From an uncultured Alphaproteobacteria bacterium (GTDB lineage Bacteria > Pseudomonadota > Alphaproteobacteria > Bin65), in the NCBI GenBank assembly GCA_947259335.1, contig CAMYMQ010000437.1, forward strand, positions 12,617 to 76,616: a stretch of 64,000 bases of DNA, read 5' to 3'. The notes under the pieces are model-generated. The model saw only the letters and a program-made list of their open reading frames with translations. It had not been told where the DNA came from and ran no database searches. Shown in pieces: positions 9,729 through 19,782 of the stretch. Position 1 is the first letter of the stretch. Each line of letters opens with the position of its first letter. A program made the translations under genes and the position numbers.

Positions 9729-10331
9729 ATGCCCGACGACACCCCAGCCGCCGTCCTGGCGCTCCACTATCAGAACGAGGTCCTGCATCCCGACGGCAAG
9801 ATCCGCTTCGGCTTCGCCGAAGGCGCGGGCGGCCGCGACGCGGTGATCGGCGCCGCGCGTCACCTGCTCCAGGGCGCGCGGCGGCACGGGGTCCCCGTCA
9901 TCTCCGTTCATATCGATTTCCGCCCCGACTATGCCGACGTCCACACCAACAACGAGATGTTCCGGCGCGTGGTCGCCAGCGGCGCGATGCAGACGGGCAG
10001 CTGGGGCGCCGAATTCTACCAGGGCCTGGGCCCGGAGCCCGGCGAATTCACCGTCCACCACACGCGCATCAACGCCTTCTATTCGTCCCGGCTGGAAGAG
10101 ATCGTCACGCGGCTCGGTGCGCGGACGCTCTACATCGCCGGCATCGCCACCAACTATGTCGTCGAGGGGACCGCGCGCCACGCCTCGGATGTCGGCTACC
10201 GGGTCGCGGTGGTGCGCGACGCCTGCTCGGCGGCCACCGCCGAGGCCCATGAGGCGAGCTTGGCCGCCATGAGCGTCCTCGCCGACATCCGGACCGCCGA
10301 AGAGGCCGTCGCGGAGATGAAGCCCGGCTGA
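9729..10331 (+). CDS. Isochorismatase-fold protein, divergent (canonical Asp and Cys positions not conserved)
   Basis: 200 aa from ATG 9729. It has LALHYQNEV where paralogues have VVDMQNDF, and IATNYVVEGTARHA where paralogues have TNVC(I/C)E(S/A)T. Confidence 0.8.
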   Translation: MPDDTPAAVLALHYQNEVLHPDGKIRFGFAEGAGGRDAVIGAARHLLQGARRHGVPVISVHIDFRPDYADVHTNNEMFRRVVASGAMQTGSWGAEFYQGLGPEPGEFTVHHTRINAFYSSRLEEIVTRLGARTLYIAGIATNYVVEGTARHASDVGYRVAVVRDACSAATAEAHEASLAAMSVLADIRTAEEAVAEMKPG

Positions 10332-10401
10332 GCCCGGCCCAGCCGAAACGCGCGCGCGGCGAACCGGCGTTCCCGGTGTATAAGACAGTCCGAAGTTTTT
10401 T

Positions 10402-10429
10402 TTGATCGCGGGACATATCGCGTTTTAAT
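10402..10429 (+). promoter_or_regulatory. Sigma70-type promoter candidate upstream of the LigA-like gene
   Basis: TTGATC (10402-10407), 16-nt spacer, TTTAAT (10424-10429), preceded by a T8 run (10396-10403). Confidence 0.3.
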
Positions 10430-10450
10430 ACCGTCCCGGGGAGGATGCCG

Positions 10451-10768
10451 ATGGCCAACGAATTCGATCCGGATCTGCCGTCCAACCGGCTGATCTTCGA
10501 GATTCGGCGCGAACGCCGACTGTTCGAGGGCTTCCGCGACCGGATGGAAGAGGTGATGGCCTCCTACGGCCTTTCCGAGGCGGAACGGGAGGCGTGGCGC
10601 AGCGTCGACGTGAAGGCGCTCGGCGACATGGGCGTTCATCCCTATTTCCTGCCGCAGGTCACGCGGCTGGTGCACGGTGCGAAGAAGAACAGCAGCAAGA
10701 GCCGTGCGGCCCAGGCCTATCGGCACTCCTTCGGTGACGAGATCGTCGAGCACCGTCCCAAGTCGTAG
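10451..10768 (+). CDS. LigA-like small subunit of a class III extradiol ring-cleavage dioxygenase
   Basis: About 105 aa. LigA-domain-like YGLSEAEREAWRSVDVKALGDMGVHPYFLPQVTRL. The second ATG (10451) is preferred because GGAGGA is spaced about 7 nt from it; ATG 10445 is possible. Confidence 0.75.
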   Translation: MANEFDPDLPSNRLIFEIRRERRLFEGFRDRMEEVMASYGLSEAEREAWRSVDVKALGDMGVHPYFLPQVTRLVHGAKKNSSKSRAAQAYRHSFGDEIVEHRPKS

Positions 10769-10802
10769 AATGCAGACAGGCTCGTAGAGTCGAGAGGCAG
10801 CA

Positions 10803-11648
10803 ATGGCCCAGATCGTTTCCGTCATGGCTTTGGCGCACGCGCCGGGAGTCACGGGGTGGCTCGCCGAGGCGCCCGAACAGGAACAGAAGGATATCGTCGC
10901 CGGCTACCGGGCGATGGGCCGGATGCTTCGCGACACCCGGCCCGACGTCATCGTCGGCGTGGCCAACGACCACATGCTCAATCTGCCGCTCAAGAACCCG
11001 CCCGACTTCTGCGTCGGCACCGCCGGGACCTGGCAGGGGCCCGCGGAGTTCTTCCGGGACTGGCTGAACCAGGACGCCTACGAGATCGACGGAAGGCCGG
11101 ACGTGGCCGAATGCCTGGCGAAAGCCGGCGTGGCGGCCGGCCTGAAGCTGACCAGCCGCGACGACCTGCTGTTCGACGATAACTGGTCGGTGCCGCTCTA
11201 CTATCTCGATCCCGACTATTCGATCCCGCTGGTTCCGATCCACATGAACTGCATCAACCCGCCGGTCCCGACGCCGGAAGAAAGCGTGCACGCCGGCCGG
11301 GTCATTGCGGAGACGCTCAGGCGCGACCTGCCCGACGACCTGCGGGTCGCTTTCATCGGGACCGGCGGCCTGTCGCACGAACCGGGCGGGCCGCGCTATT
11401 TCACCCTCGACGAGGACTTCGACCGCTGGTTCATGGCGCTGCTCGAAGAGGGCGACCTCGACAAGGTCTGCCGCGAGGCGACCGTCGAGCGCATGAACGC
11501 CGCCGGCGGCGGCGGCACGACGGAACTCCTGGCCTGGATGGTCGCCATGGCGGTCGCCGGCGGAACCCCGGCCCGGTCCGTCTTCTATGTCGGGTCGGCC
11601 GAGATGCGCTGCGGCATCGGCGGCTCGGTCTGGGACGCGATCCACTGA
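10803..11648 (+). CDS. LigB-family (class III) extradiol dioxygenase catalytic subunit
   Basis: 281 aa. N-terminal VSVMALAHAPGV and VANDHMLN histidine motifs are typical of the protocatechuate 4,5-dioxygenase beta / gallate dioxygenase family. Confidence 0.85.
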   Translation: MAQIVSVMALAHAPGVTGWLAEAPEQEQKDIVAGYRAMGRMLRDTRPDVIVGVANDHMLNLPLKNPPDFCVGTAGTWQGPAEFFRDWLNQDAYEIDGRPDVAECLAKAGVAAGLKLTSRDDLLFDDNWSVPLYYLDPDYSIPLVPIHMNCINPPVPTPEESVHAGRVIAETLRRDLPDDLRVAFIGTGGLSHEPGGPRYFTLDEDFDRWFMALLEEGDLDKVCREATVERMNAAGGGGTTELLAWMVAMAVAGGTPARSVFYVGSAEMRCGIGGSVWDAIH

Positions 11649-11680
11649 CCGCTTCGCCCCCGCAACCCGGATTGCCGACG

Positions 11681-12334
11681 ATGCCCCGGCCCGGCCATGC
11701 CTTGGCCGACCTGCTCGCGCGGTCGCGCACGGCCCTGCTCGTTGTCGACATGCAGAACGACTTCTGCGCCGCCGACGGCTACGTGGCCGGCCTCGGGCTC
11801 GACACCACGGCCTGCCGCGCCGTGGTCGATCCGTTGGCCGCCTTCATCGGCTGGGCGCGCGGCGCGGGCATTCCGGTGCTGTGGACCTGGGCCAACTATG
11901 ACGAGGCCCTCGTGCCGCCGTCCCTGCTGCGCAAGAAACGCGCCGCCGGCATCGACCGGCACTGTTGCGTTCCCGGCACGCCCGGCTACGAGCCCTTCGG
12001 CGTCGCACCGGCCGACGGCGAGCCCGTCTTCGTCAAGCACTGCTATTCGGCCTTCACCAATCCGGGACTTCAGGCCCATCTCGAGGCCGAAGGCATCGAA
12101 ACCCTCATGTTCGCCGGCGTCCAGACCAACGTCTGCATCGAATCGACGCTGCGCGACGCCTTCAACGCCGGCTTCAACACGATCGTCGTGGAGGATTGCG
12201 TCGCCTCGCACACCGCGCCGCTCCACGCCGCGACACTCGCCAACGTGCGCGCGCTGCTCGGCGAAGTCGCAACGGTGGTGGACATCCGGTCCAGTTGGGC
12301 GGCGACCGCCGACAGTCCGGCCACGGCCGACTGA
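11681..12334 (+). CDS. Isochorismatase-family cysteine hydrolase (RutB/amidase-like)
   Basis: LLVVDMQNDFC and QTNVCIESTLRDAF motifs show Asp and Cys in place. Start is ATG 11681 or TTG 11672. Confidence 0.85.
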   Translation: MPRPGHALADLLARSRTALLVVDMQNDFCAADGYVAGLGLDTTACRAVVDPLAAFIGWARGAGIPVLWTWANYDEALVPPSLLRKKRAAGIDRHCCVPGTPGYEPFGVAPADGEPVFVKHCYSAFTNPGLQAHLEAEGIETLMFAGVQTNVCIESTLRDAFNAGFNTIVVEDCVASHTAPLHAATLANVRALLGEVATVVDIRSSWAATADSPATAD

Positions 12335-12682
12335 CCGCGCGCATCGCTCGCGCGTCGACGCGATACCATGGCGCGCCGCAACGGCGTGGCCGCCGCCGCC
12401 GATATCCCTCCCGCGACCCCAGGTGTTGCAACCGAACCGCCGGTTCAGCAGGCCCGCCGCGTTCGATGCCTGCCGGGGCCGCAGGACACGCCTGCGGGGT
12501 CTCAAGCTAATTTCTGTTGCACTGCAGCAAGGATTGGGCCAAGCATGCCGCATCTCGTCGGGGCGCGACACGCGCCCGCGTGGCACTTCCGGCCGCCATC
12601 AGCCGGACAATCAACCTCACGCCTGATCCGTCGACCCCCAGCGGGGGGCCGTCCGTCCGGCTGTATTCGATCGTGGTTTCCC

Positions 12683-14167
12683 ATGAATTTCCTCACGGCC
12701 TATCGCGCGCAGTGGTTCGGCAACATGCGCGGCGATCTGCTCGCCGGTCTCGTGGTCGCGCTCGCGCTCATCCCCGAGGCCATCGCCTTTTCCATCATCG
12801 CCGGCGTGGATCCCAAGGTCGGGTTGTATGCGTCCTTTTCCATCGCCGTCCTGATCGCTTTCGTCGGCGGGCGGCCGGGAATGATCTCGGCGGCGACGGC
12901 GGCCACGGCGGTCCTGATGGTGACGCTTGTGCGCGATCACGGGTTGCAATACCTGCTCGCCGCGACGGTGTTGGCGGGCCTCCTGCAGATCGGCGCCGGG
13001 ATGCTGAAGCTCGGTTACGTCATGCGGTTCGTGTCCCGCTCGGTGATGACCGGCTTCGTCAACGCCCTGGCGATCCTCATTTTCCTCGCGCAGGTACCCG
13101 AGCTGCTGGGCGTGCCCTGGCTGACCTATGTGATGGTCGCCGCCGGACTCGCAATCATCTATCTGTTCCCGCGCCTGACCAAGGCGATCCCCTCGCCGCT
13201 GGTCGCCATCGTCCTGCTGACGGCGGTGACCATCGGCTTCGGGCTCGACCTGCGCACGGTGGGCGACATGGGCGAACTGCCGTCGACTCTGCCGGTGTTC
13301 CTGATCCCGCAAATCCCGCTCTCCTTCGAGACCCTGCTGATCATCCTGCCCTATTCGGTGGCGGTGGCCGTGGTCGGTCTGCTGGAATCGCTGATGACCG
13401 CGCAGATCGTCGACGACCTGACCGACACCGCGTCGGATCGCAACCAGGAATGTATCGGCCAGGGCATCGCCAACACGGCGACCGGCTTCATCGGCGGGAT
13501 GGCGGGCTGCGCCATGATCGGCCAGTCCATGATCAACGTGAAGTCGGGCGGACGCGGGCGGCTGTCAGCCTTCGCCGCCGGCGCCTTCCTGCTCTTCATG
13601 ATCCTCGTGCTCGGCGACCTCGTCCGGCAGATCCCGATGGCGGCGCTGGTCGCGATCATGATCATGGTCTCGATCGGAACCTTTTCGTGGTCGTCGCTCA
13701 AGAACCTCAGGCTCCACCCCCGATCGTCGTCCATCGTCATGCTGGCGACCGTGGCTGGCGTGGTCGTCACCCACAACCTGGCGATCGGTGTGCTGATCGG
13801 TGTGCTGCTCTCGGGCATCTTCTTCGCCTGGAAGATCGCGCAGCTGTTCCGCATCTCGTCCAGCCTCAGCGAGGACGGCCGCCACCGGACCTATGTCGTG
13901 GAAGGCCAGTTGTTCTTCGCGTCGGCGGAGGACTTCATGGCCGGCTTCGACTTCAAGGAGGCGCTGGACAAGGTCACCATCGACGTCGGGCGGGCCCACA
14001 TCTGGGACATCTCGAGTGTCGCCGCCCTCGACATGGCCATCCTGAAGTTCCGGCGCGACGGCGCCGAAGTCGAGGTCGTGGGCCTCAACCGGGCAAGCGA
14101 GACCATCGTCGACCGACTGGCCATCCACGAAGAGCCCGGCGCGCTCGAGAAGCTGATGGGCCACTGA
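12683..14167 (+). CDS. SulP family anion permease with C-terminal STAS domain
   Basis: 494 aa from ATG 12683. N-terminus [42 protein letters not shown] is typical of SulP. C-terminal STAS-like segment [15 protein letters not shown]. Confidence 0.9.
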   Translation: MNFLTAYRAQWFGNMRGDLLAGLVVALALIPEAIAFSIIAGVDPKVGLYASFSIAVLIAFVGGRPGMISAATAATAVLMVTLVRDHGLQYLLAATVLAGLLQIGAGMLKLGYVMRFVSRSVMTGFVNALAILIFLAQVPELLGVPWLTYVMVAAGLAIIYLFPRLTKAIPSPLVAIVLLTAVTIGFGLDLRTVGDMGELPSTLPVFLIPQIPLSFETLLIILPYSVAVAVVGLLESLMTAQIVDDLTDTASDRNQECIGQGIANTATGFIGGMAGCAMIGQSMINVKSGGRGRLSAFAAGAFLLFMILVLGDLVRQIPMAALVAIMIMVSIGTFSWSSLKNLRLHPRSSSIVMLATVAGVVVTHNLAIGVLIGVLLSGIFFAWKIAQLFRISSSLSEDGRHRTYVVEGQLFFASAEDFMAGFDFKEALDKVTIDVGRAHIWDISSVAALDMAILKFRRDGAEVEVVGLNRASETIVDRLAIHEEPGALEKLMGH

Positions 14168-14234
14168 CCGTGCCGCCCAGGAAAATTTGGACCGCTGTCC
14201 GTCGCCCGGCTAGGCTCACCGGCGGGAGGACCCA

Positions 14235-15089
14235 ATGAAAAACAAGATCATCGCCCTGGTCGACGGGTCGATCTATTCGCGAAGCGTCTGCGAACACGCC
14301 GCCTGGATCGCAGGAAAGACGGGCGCCGCGGTCGAGCTGCTTCACGTCCTCGGCCGACGCGAAACGGCCAGCGGGTCCGATCTTTCCGGCGTGATCGCGC
14401 TTGGTGCCCGCACCGCCCTGTTGGAAGAACTCAGCTCGCTGGACGAGCAACGGGCGCGGCTGGCGCTCAAGCGCGGCCATGCGATTCTCGAGGATGCCGA
14501 GGCCGTCCTCAAAGCGGCCGGCATCGCCAGCGTGACGACGCGGTTGCGTAACGGCGACCTTCTGGAGACGGTCGCCAAATCCGAAGCGGACGCCGACATG
14601 CTGGTGATCGGCAAGCGCGGCGAAGCCGCCGATTTCGCGAAGCTGCACCTCGGCTCCAACCTGGAGCGCATCGCGCGCGCGGCCCACAAGCCGGTATTCG
14701 TGGCGGCCCGCGCCATGCGCCCGGTCGCCCGGGTCCTGATCGCCTACGACGGCGGGCCGAGCGCCCTGAAAGCGGTCGACCATGTCGCCCGCAGCCCGCT
14801 GTTCTCTGGGCTCGCCATCCGCCTGCTCACGGTGGCCTCGGAAAGCGAGCAACGCCGCCAGCGTCTCGAGGAGGCCCGCGGCATGCTGGAGGCAGGCGGC
14901 CACGATGTCTCTGCCACGCTTGTCGCCGGGCACACGGAAGCTGTGATTTCCGACGTGGTGGAGCGTGAGTCCATCGACCTCCTGGTCATGGGCGCCTACG
15001 GGCATTCGCCGATCCGAAACCTGATCATCGGCTCGACGACCGCGGAGATGCTGCGGTCCTGCAAGATCCCGGTTCTGCTGTTCAGATAG
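14235..15089 (+). CDS. Universal stress protein, tandem UspA domains
   Basis: 284 aa, two Usp repeats, each ending in a G-x2-G-x9-GS-like motif (VIGKRGEAA...LGSNLERI and VMGAYGHSPIRNLIIGSTTAEM). Confidence 0.9.
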   Translation: MKNKIIALVDGSIYSRSVCEHAAWIAGKTGAAVELLHVLGRRETASGSDLSGVIALGARTALLEELSSLDEQRARLALKRGHAILEDAEAVLKAAGIASVTTRLRNGDLLETVAKSEADADMLVIGKRGEAADFAKLHLGSNLERIARAAHKPVFVAARAMRPVARVLIAYDGGPSALKAVDHVARSPLFSGLAIRLLTVASESEQRRQRLEEARGMLEAGGHDVSATLVAGHTEAVISDVVERESIDLLVMGAYGHSPIRNLIIGSTTAEMLRSCKIPVLLFR

Positions 15090-15353
15090 GGCGTAGCCCC
15101 CGGGTGCGGATATGCGGGAAGCCGATCCCGATCATCCGATGCCAATCCCGCGAGCGTCGCCCTTGAACGCCGCACAGGGTGCGCTACGCCGCGGGCGCTG
15201 GCCCGCCGTGCGGGACGACCTCGCAACGCAACCCCCACACGGCTGAAACCGGCATGGACATTCCCGGCAGGGCGGACCACCTTCCGTGACCGGCGAGGAA
15301 ACCGCCCGCCGCGAGCGCGCCCTCGGCCGCCCGACCAACGAGACGATGCCGCG

Positions 15354-16952
15354 ATGACCGACGCCCCGAACTTCCTGTTCATCATCACCGACCAGCAGCG
15401 CGCCGACCACCTGGGCTGCTACGGCAATCCTCTCCTGAAGACGCCCAACATCGATGCCATCGCGGCGCGGGGAACCCGGTTCGACCGCTTCTACGTCGTC
15501 GACCCGATCTGCATGCCGAACCGGTCGACGATCATGACCGGGCGCATGCCCAGCCTGCACGGTGTCCGCCACAACGGCATCGCCCTGTCGCGCGAGCACA
15601 CGACCTTCGTCGACGTCCTGCGGGCCGCCGGCTATCGCACGGGGCTGGTCGGCAAGGCGCACCTCCAGAACATGACCGGCCTGCCCGCCTCCTTCGGCTA
15701 CAGTCCGCCGGACGGTCTCGATCCGCCGCCGCCCGGCTTTTCCGATGCCTTTCACGGGGAGCGGTCCGGACCGGGCTACGACCTCGAACAGCCGGCGGAC
15801 TGGAGCGACAAGGGGCTAAGCGGCTTCGGCGAGAGCTTCTACGGCTTCGACCATGTCGAGCTGTGCACCTTCCACGGCGACATGGTCCGGGGCCACTACC
15901 TGAACTGGCTGGCCGAGCGGGATCCGGAAGCCGCCCGCCGATGGGGCCCCGAGGGCTCGGCGAGCAGCGCCGACCGCCCGGCGCCGCAAGCGCGCAAGCC
16001 GGCGGTTCCGGCAGAGCTCTACCCCACCGCCTACATCGCCGAGCGCACGATCGCCTGGCTCGAAGCCCGCGCGAACGCGCCGTCGGGGGAACCTTTCTTC
16101 CTGCAATGCTCCTTCCCCGATCCGCACCATCCGTTCACGCCGCCGGGCAAATACTGGGACATGTACGATCCCGCCGACATCGAGCTGCCGGCGACGTTCC
16201 ACGACCGGTCGAACAACCCGATCCCGCCGCTCCAGGCGCTCTATGACGAGCAGGCGGCGGGCACCGCCGACCGCAGCTTCGTCCGCCCCTTCGCCGTGAC
16301 CGAGGAAGAGGCCCGCAGTTGCATCGCCCTGACCTACGGCATGATCGCCTTCATCGACGACGCCGTCGGGCAGATCCTTGCCACCCTGGACCGGCTCGGC
16401 CTGGCCGAGAATACCGTCGTCATCTTCACCAGCGACCACGGCGACTGGATGGGCGACCACGGCATCATGCTCAAGGGGCCGCTCCACTATCAGGGGCTGG
16501 TGCGGATACCGTTCCTATGGGCCGACCCCGAGGGCGGCCAGTCGCCGCAGAACGACGGCCTCGCCAGCAGCCTCGACATCGCCCGTTCGGTCCTGACCCG
16601 CGCGGGCATCGCCCCGTTCAACGGCTGCCAGGGCCAGGATCTCAACCCGATGCGGGCCGGCGGGGCCAGCGCCCACGACGGGGTGATGATCGAACAGACC
16701 ACGCAACGCCCCTACCTCGGCTTCACTAAGCCGGTCCGCATCCACACTTTCATCGATGAACGCTGGCGGCTGACGTTCTGGCAGGGGGTGCCGTGGGGCG
16801 AACTCTACGACCTGGAGAGGGACCCGGCGGAACGCACGAACCTGTGGGACGATCCCGCCCATGCGGCAACCCGCGCCGAGCTGACCGAGCGGATGCTGCG
16901 GGCGGCCATCGACCTCAACGACACCGCGCCCCTGGCGACCGGCGAGGCGTGA
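15354..16952 (+). CDS. Formylglycine-type sulfatase (arylsulfatase family)
   Basis: 532 aa. FLFIITDQQRADHLG and the CxPxR sulfatase signature in DPICMPNRSTIMTGR. Confidence 0.9.
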   Translation: MTDAPNFLFIITDQQRADHLGCYGNPLLKTPNIDAIAARGTRFDRFYVVDPICMPNRSTIMTGRMPSLHGVRHNGIALSREHTTFVDVLRAAGYRTGLVGKAHLQNMTGLPASFGYSPPDGLDPPPPGFSDAFHGERSGPGYDLEQPADWSDKGLSGFGESFYGFDHVELCTFHGDMVRGHYLNWLAERDPEAARRWGPEGSASSADRPAPQARKPAVPAELYPTAYIAERTIAWLEARANAPSGEPFFLQCSFPDPHHPFTPPGKYWDMYDPADIELPATFHDRSNNPIPPLQALYDEQAAGTADRSFVRPFAVTEEEARSCIALTYGMIAFIDDAVGQILATLDRLGLAENTVVIFTSDHGDWMGDHGIMLKGPLHYQGLVRIPFLWADPEGGQSPQNDGLASSLDIARSVLTRAGIAPFNGCQGQDLNPMRAGGASAHDGVMIEQTTQRPYLGFTKPVRIHTFIDERWRLTFWQGVPWGELYDLERDPAERTNLWDDPAHAATRAELTERMLRAAIDLNDTAPLATGEA

Positions 16953-17127
16953 GCGGCACAGGCGCCCGCCGAAGAGCCACCTGCTGCACGCCGTGAGGCG
17001 ACCTCCCGTGAAGGCGGTCTGGCTGGGGTTAAGGCGGCGGTAAGTTCGTGGAACGGCGGCGGCACGCTGCCGCGACCCCCGGGACCGCCGGGACCGCGAT
17101 CCCGAAGAGGGCGGCGCTTCGACCCCG

Positions 17128-18366
17128 TCAGGCGGCGGCCTGCACCACGAAGCTGACGGTGGTCGTGCCGCTGCCGCCGATGTTGAGCGTCGCAGCCGTG
17201 CGCGCTCCGTCGATCTGACAGTCTCCCGCCGCGCCGGTGACCTGCTTGTGAGCGTCCACCAGCATGCGCACGCCGGTACAGCCCACCGGATGACCGCAAC
17301 CGATCAGGCCTCCCGACGGATTGATCGGAAGCGCGCCATCCTTGTCGATCACACCCTCTTCGATCGCCTTCCAGCTTTCGCCGGGCTTGGTCAGGCCGAA
17401 GTGGTCGATCGCCATGTATTCCGTCGTCGTGAAGCAATCGTGCGTCTCGATCACGTCGAGTTCCTCGGGCCCCGCGATTCCGGCCCGGCCGAAGGCGTCG
17501 GTGATCGTCCCCCGCACATGCGGCATGACGTAGGGGTTGTTGTGGCTCTCGGCGAGCTTGTCTTCGAGCCGCATCGTCGCGGTCCGGTGCCCCCAGCCGC
17601 GAATGTAGGGAATGGCGTCGAGCGACAGGCCCCGCCGGGCGGCATAGTCGGCGGCGTATCGTTCGGAGGCGAGGAACACGCAGGCGCCGCCATCGGTGAT
17701 CTGCCCGCAGTCGGTTTTCCGGATCCGCCCCTCAACGACGGGATTGGCGTCGTCGTTCTCCGAGAAGTTCGCGTCCGACAACTCGTAGGCGCGCGTCTGG
17801 GCGTTGGGATTGACCCGCGCGTTCTCGAAATTCACCTGGGCGATCCGCACCAGATGCTCACGGTTCAGGCCATAGCGGCGCTCGTATTCGTCGCCCAGCT
17901 TGGCGAACATATACGGCCACATCCACTGCGCGTCCTGTCCCTCGCGGCCATTCCAGGCGGCGGCGGCGAGATGGTCGGCGGCCGTCTGGGCGTCCGAGTT
18001 CCGCATCAGTTCGACGCCGACCACGCAGGCGAGGTCGTAATGGCCGGCCTTGATATCGGCCTGCGCGGCGAGGGCCGCCAGCGAGCCCGAGGCGCAGGCG
18101 CCTTCGTGGCGGGCCGCTGGAAGACCGGAGAATTCCGGGCGGATCGCCGCGAACAGGCCGCCCAACTGGCCCTGGCCGCAGAACAGCTCGCCGACGAAGT
18201 TGCCGACATGAGCGACCTGGATATCCTCGGGCTCGATACCGGTCCGATCGAGCGCGCCCTCGACCGCCTCCTGCATCAGTTCGAACAGGCCCAGACCCTC
18301 GCGCGTGAAGTTGCGCTTGAAGTCGGTCTGATGGCCACCCAGCAGGAAAACGCGCTCGCCGCTCAT
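17128..18366 (-). CDS. Thiolase-fold protein (SCP-x / DUF35-partner type)
   Basis: 412 aa. Thiolase C-terminal signature NPSGGLIGCGHPVGCTGVRM. Confidence 0.85.
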   Translation of the reverse strand: MSGERVFLLGGHQTDFKRNFTREGLGLFELMQEAVEGALDRTGIEPEDIQVAHVGNFVGELFCGQGQLGGLFAAIRPEFSGLPAARHEGACASGSLAALAAQADIKAGHYDLACVVGVELMRNSDAQTAADHLAAAAWNGREGQDAQWMWPYMFAKLGDEYERRYGLNREHLVRIAQVNFENARVNPNAQTRAYELSDANFSENDDANPVVEGRIRKTDCGQITDGGACVFLASERYAADYAARRGLSLDAIPYIRGWGHRTATMRLEDKLAESHNNPYVMPHVRGTITDAFGRAGIAGPEELDVIETHDCFTTTEYMAIDHFGLTKPGESWKAIEEGVIDKDGALPINPSGGLIGCGHPVGCTGVRMLVDAHKQVTGAAGDCQIDGARTAATLNIGGSGTTTVSFVVQAAA

Positions 18367-18420
18367 GTGTCTGCTCCCTTACTCTCGCTCAGAGTCAAAA
18401 TCTAGATCGACCCAGATTCA

Positions 18421-18442
18421 TAGTCTAGTTATACAAGTTTCC
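18421..18442 (+). promoter_or_regulatory. Conserved 22-nt upstream motif, copy A
   Basis: TAGTCTAGTTATACAAGTTTCC, ending 37 nt before the CoA-transferase start (TTG 18480). Aligns 17/22 with copy B and 15/22 with copy C. Confidence 0.5.
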
Positions 18443-18479
18443 CGTAGTAGACGCCACGAGCGAACGGAGTTTTCCACCC

Positions 18480-19712
18480 TTGCCGCCCGCCTCCACGCCG
18501 ACCGATACGCCGCGCCTGCCACTGTCCGGGATCAAGGTTGCCGACTTCGGCCAATATGTTGCCGGCCCTTACTGTGCCGCGATCCTGGCGGCCTTCGGGG
18601 CGGACGTCGTGCGGATCGAGCGGCCCGGCGGCGGGGCCGATCGGGACCTCGTGCCGCTCGAGCCCGGCCGCGGGGGCGACGGCGCGCTGTTCCGGCAGAT
18701 GAATCGCAACAAGCGGAGCCTGGCGCTCGATCTTGGCGCACCCGGCGCGGCCGACGTCGTGAAGCGGCTGATCGGCTGGTCTGATGTTGTCGTCGCCAAC
18801 CTGCCGCCGGCCGCCCTCGGCCGGATCGGGCTCGACGCCGATTCCGTCGCCGCCGCGAACCCGGAAGCCATCCTGGTGACCTGCAGCGCCTATGAGGAGA
18901 GCGGCCCCCGGTCGGATCTGGTCGGCTTCGACGGCACCGGCCAAGCGCTCTCCGGCGCCATGCACATGACCGGCGACGAGGGCGTGCCGCGCAAGGCCTA
19001 TGTCCACTATGTCGATTTCTGCACGGCTGCAATGAGCGCCTTCGGCGTCGCGATGGCGTTGCTCGAACGCAGCCGGCACGGCCTGGGCCAGCAGGTCAGC
19101 GCCTCGCTGCTGCGCACGGCTCTCACGATGACCAACTCGACCCTGATGGAAGAGGCCGCGCTGCATCCGGACCGGACGGGAACCGCCAGCCGGGCACAGC
19201 AGGCGGGGCCGGCCGATCTGTTCCGGACGCGCGACGGCTGGCTCCTGGTCCAGGTGGCCGGCAATGCCATGTTCGGCCGGTGGGCGGCGCTGGTCGAGCG
19301 CCCGGACCTCGTCGGCGCCTCCGGCTATGCCGCCGACGTCGACCGGGGCGACAATGGCGCCGTCCTGAGCGGCATCATGCAGGACTGGTGCGCGCTACGG
19401 ACGACGCAGGAGTGTTTGAGCGCGCTCAGGGAAGCGCGGCTTCCCGCCTCCGAGGTTCTGTCCCCCGCCCGGGCGCTGGAAGACCCCGCGCTCACCCATG
19501 GCGACTGGTTCGAGACCACGAACCTCGGTGGCGGCGTGTCGGCGCCGGTCGCGACGCCGCCGATCATGCTCTCCCGGACGCCCCAGGCCCGGATACGGCC
19601 CGCGCCCCGGCTCGGCGAGCATACCGAAGACGTGCTGCGCGACGTCGGGTATTCCGGGCCGGAAATCGCCTCCCTTGTCGGGAGCGGGGTCGTCTCCGGG
19701 CAAGAGGATTGA
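18480..19712 (+). CDS. Family III CoA-transferase (CaiB/BaiF type)
   Basis: 410 aa. LSGIKVADFGQYVAGPYCAAILAAFGADVVRIERPGGG signature. TTG start with GGAG 9 nt upstream. Confidence 0.9.
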   Translation: MPPASTPTDTPRLPLSGIKVADFGQYVAGPYCAAILAAFGADVVRIERPGGGADRDLVPLEPGRGGDGALFRQMNRNKRSLALDLGAPGAADVVKRLIGWSDVVVANLPPAALGRIGLDADSVAAANPEAILVTCSAYEESGPRSDLVGFDGTGQALSGAMHMTGDEGVPRKAYVHYVDFCTAAMSAFGVAMALLERSRHGLGQQVSASLLRTALTMTNSTLMEEAALHPDRTGTASRAQQAGPADLFRTRDGWLLVQVAGNAMFGRWAALVERPDLVGASGYAADVDRGDNGAVLSGIMQDWCALRTTQECLSALREARLPASEVLSPARALEDPALTHGDWFETTNLGGGVSAPVATPPIMLSRTPQARIRPAPRLGEHTEDVLRDVGYSGPEIASLVGSGVVSGQED

Positions 19713-19735
19713 TGCGCACCATTGCCATCATCGGT

Positions 19736-19757
19736 TAGTCTAATTATGAAAGTTAAC
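19736..19757 (+). promoter_or_regulatory. Conserved 22-nt upstream motif, copy B
   Basis: TAGTCTAATTATGAAAGTTAAC, ending 25 nt before ATG 19783. Confidence 0.5.
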
Positions 19758-19782
19758 TGAAATGGATGCTGCAGGAACGGAC

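Noticed and set aside
12368-12682. A 105-codon in-frame N-terminal extension of the SulP permease ORF
   Set aside because: The extension is Pro/Ala/Arg-rich and unlike any SulP N-terminus. [22 protein letters not shown] at ATG 12683 is a typical family start. The region is better treated as untranslated leader, and I could not see a known riboswitch pattern in it.
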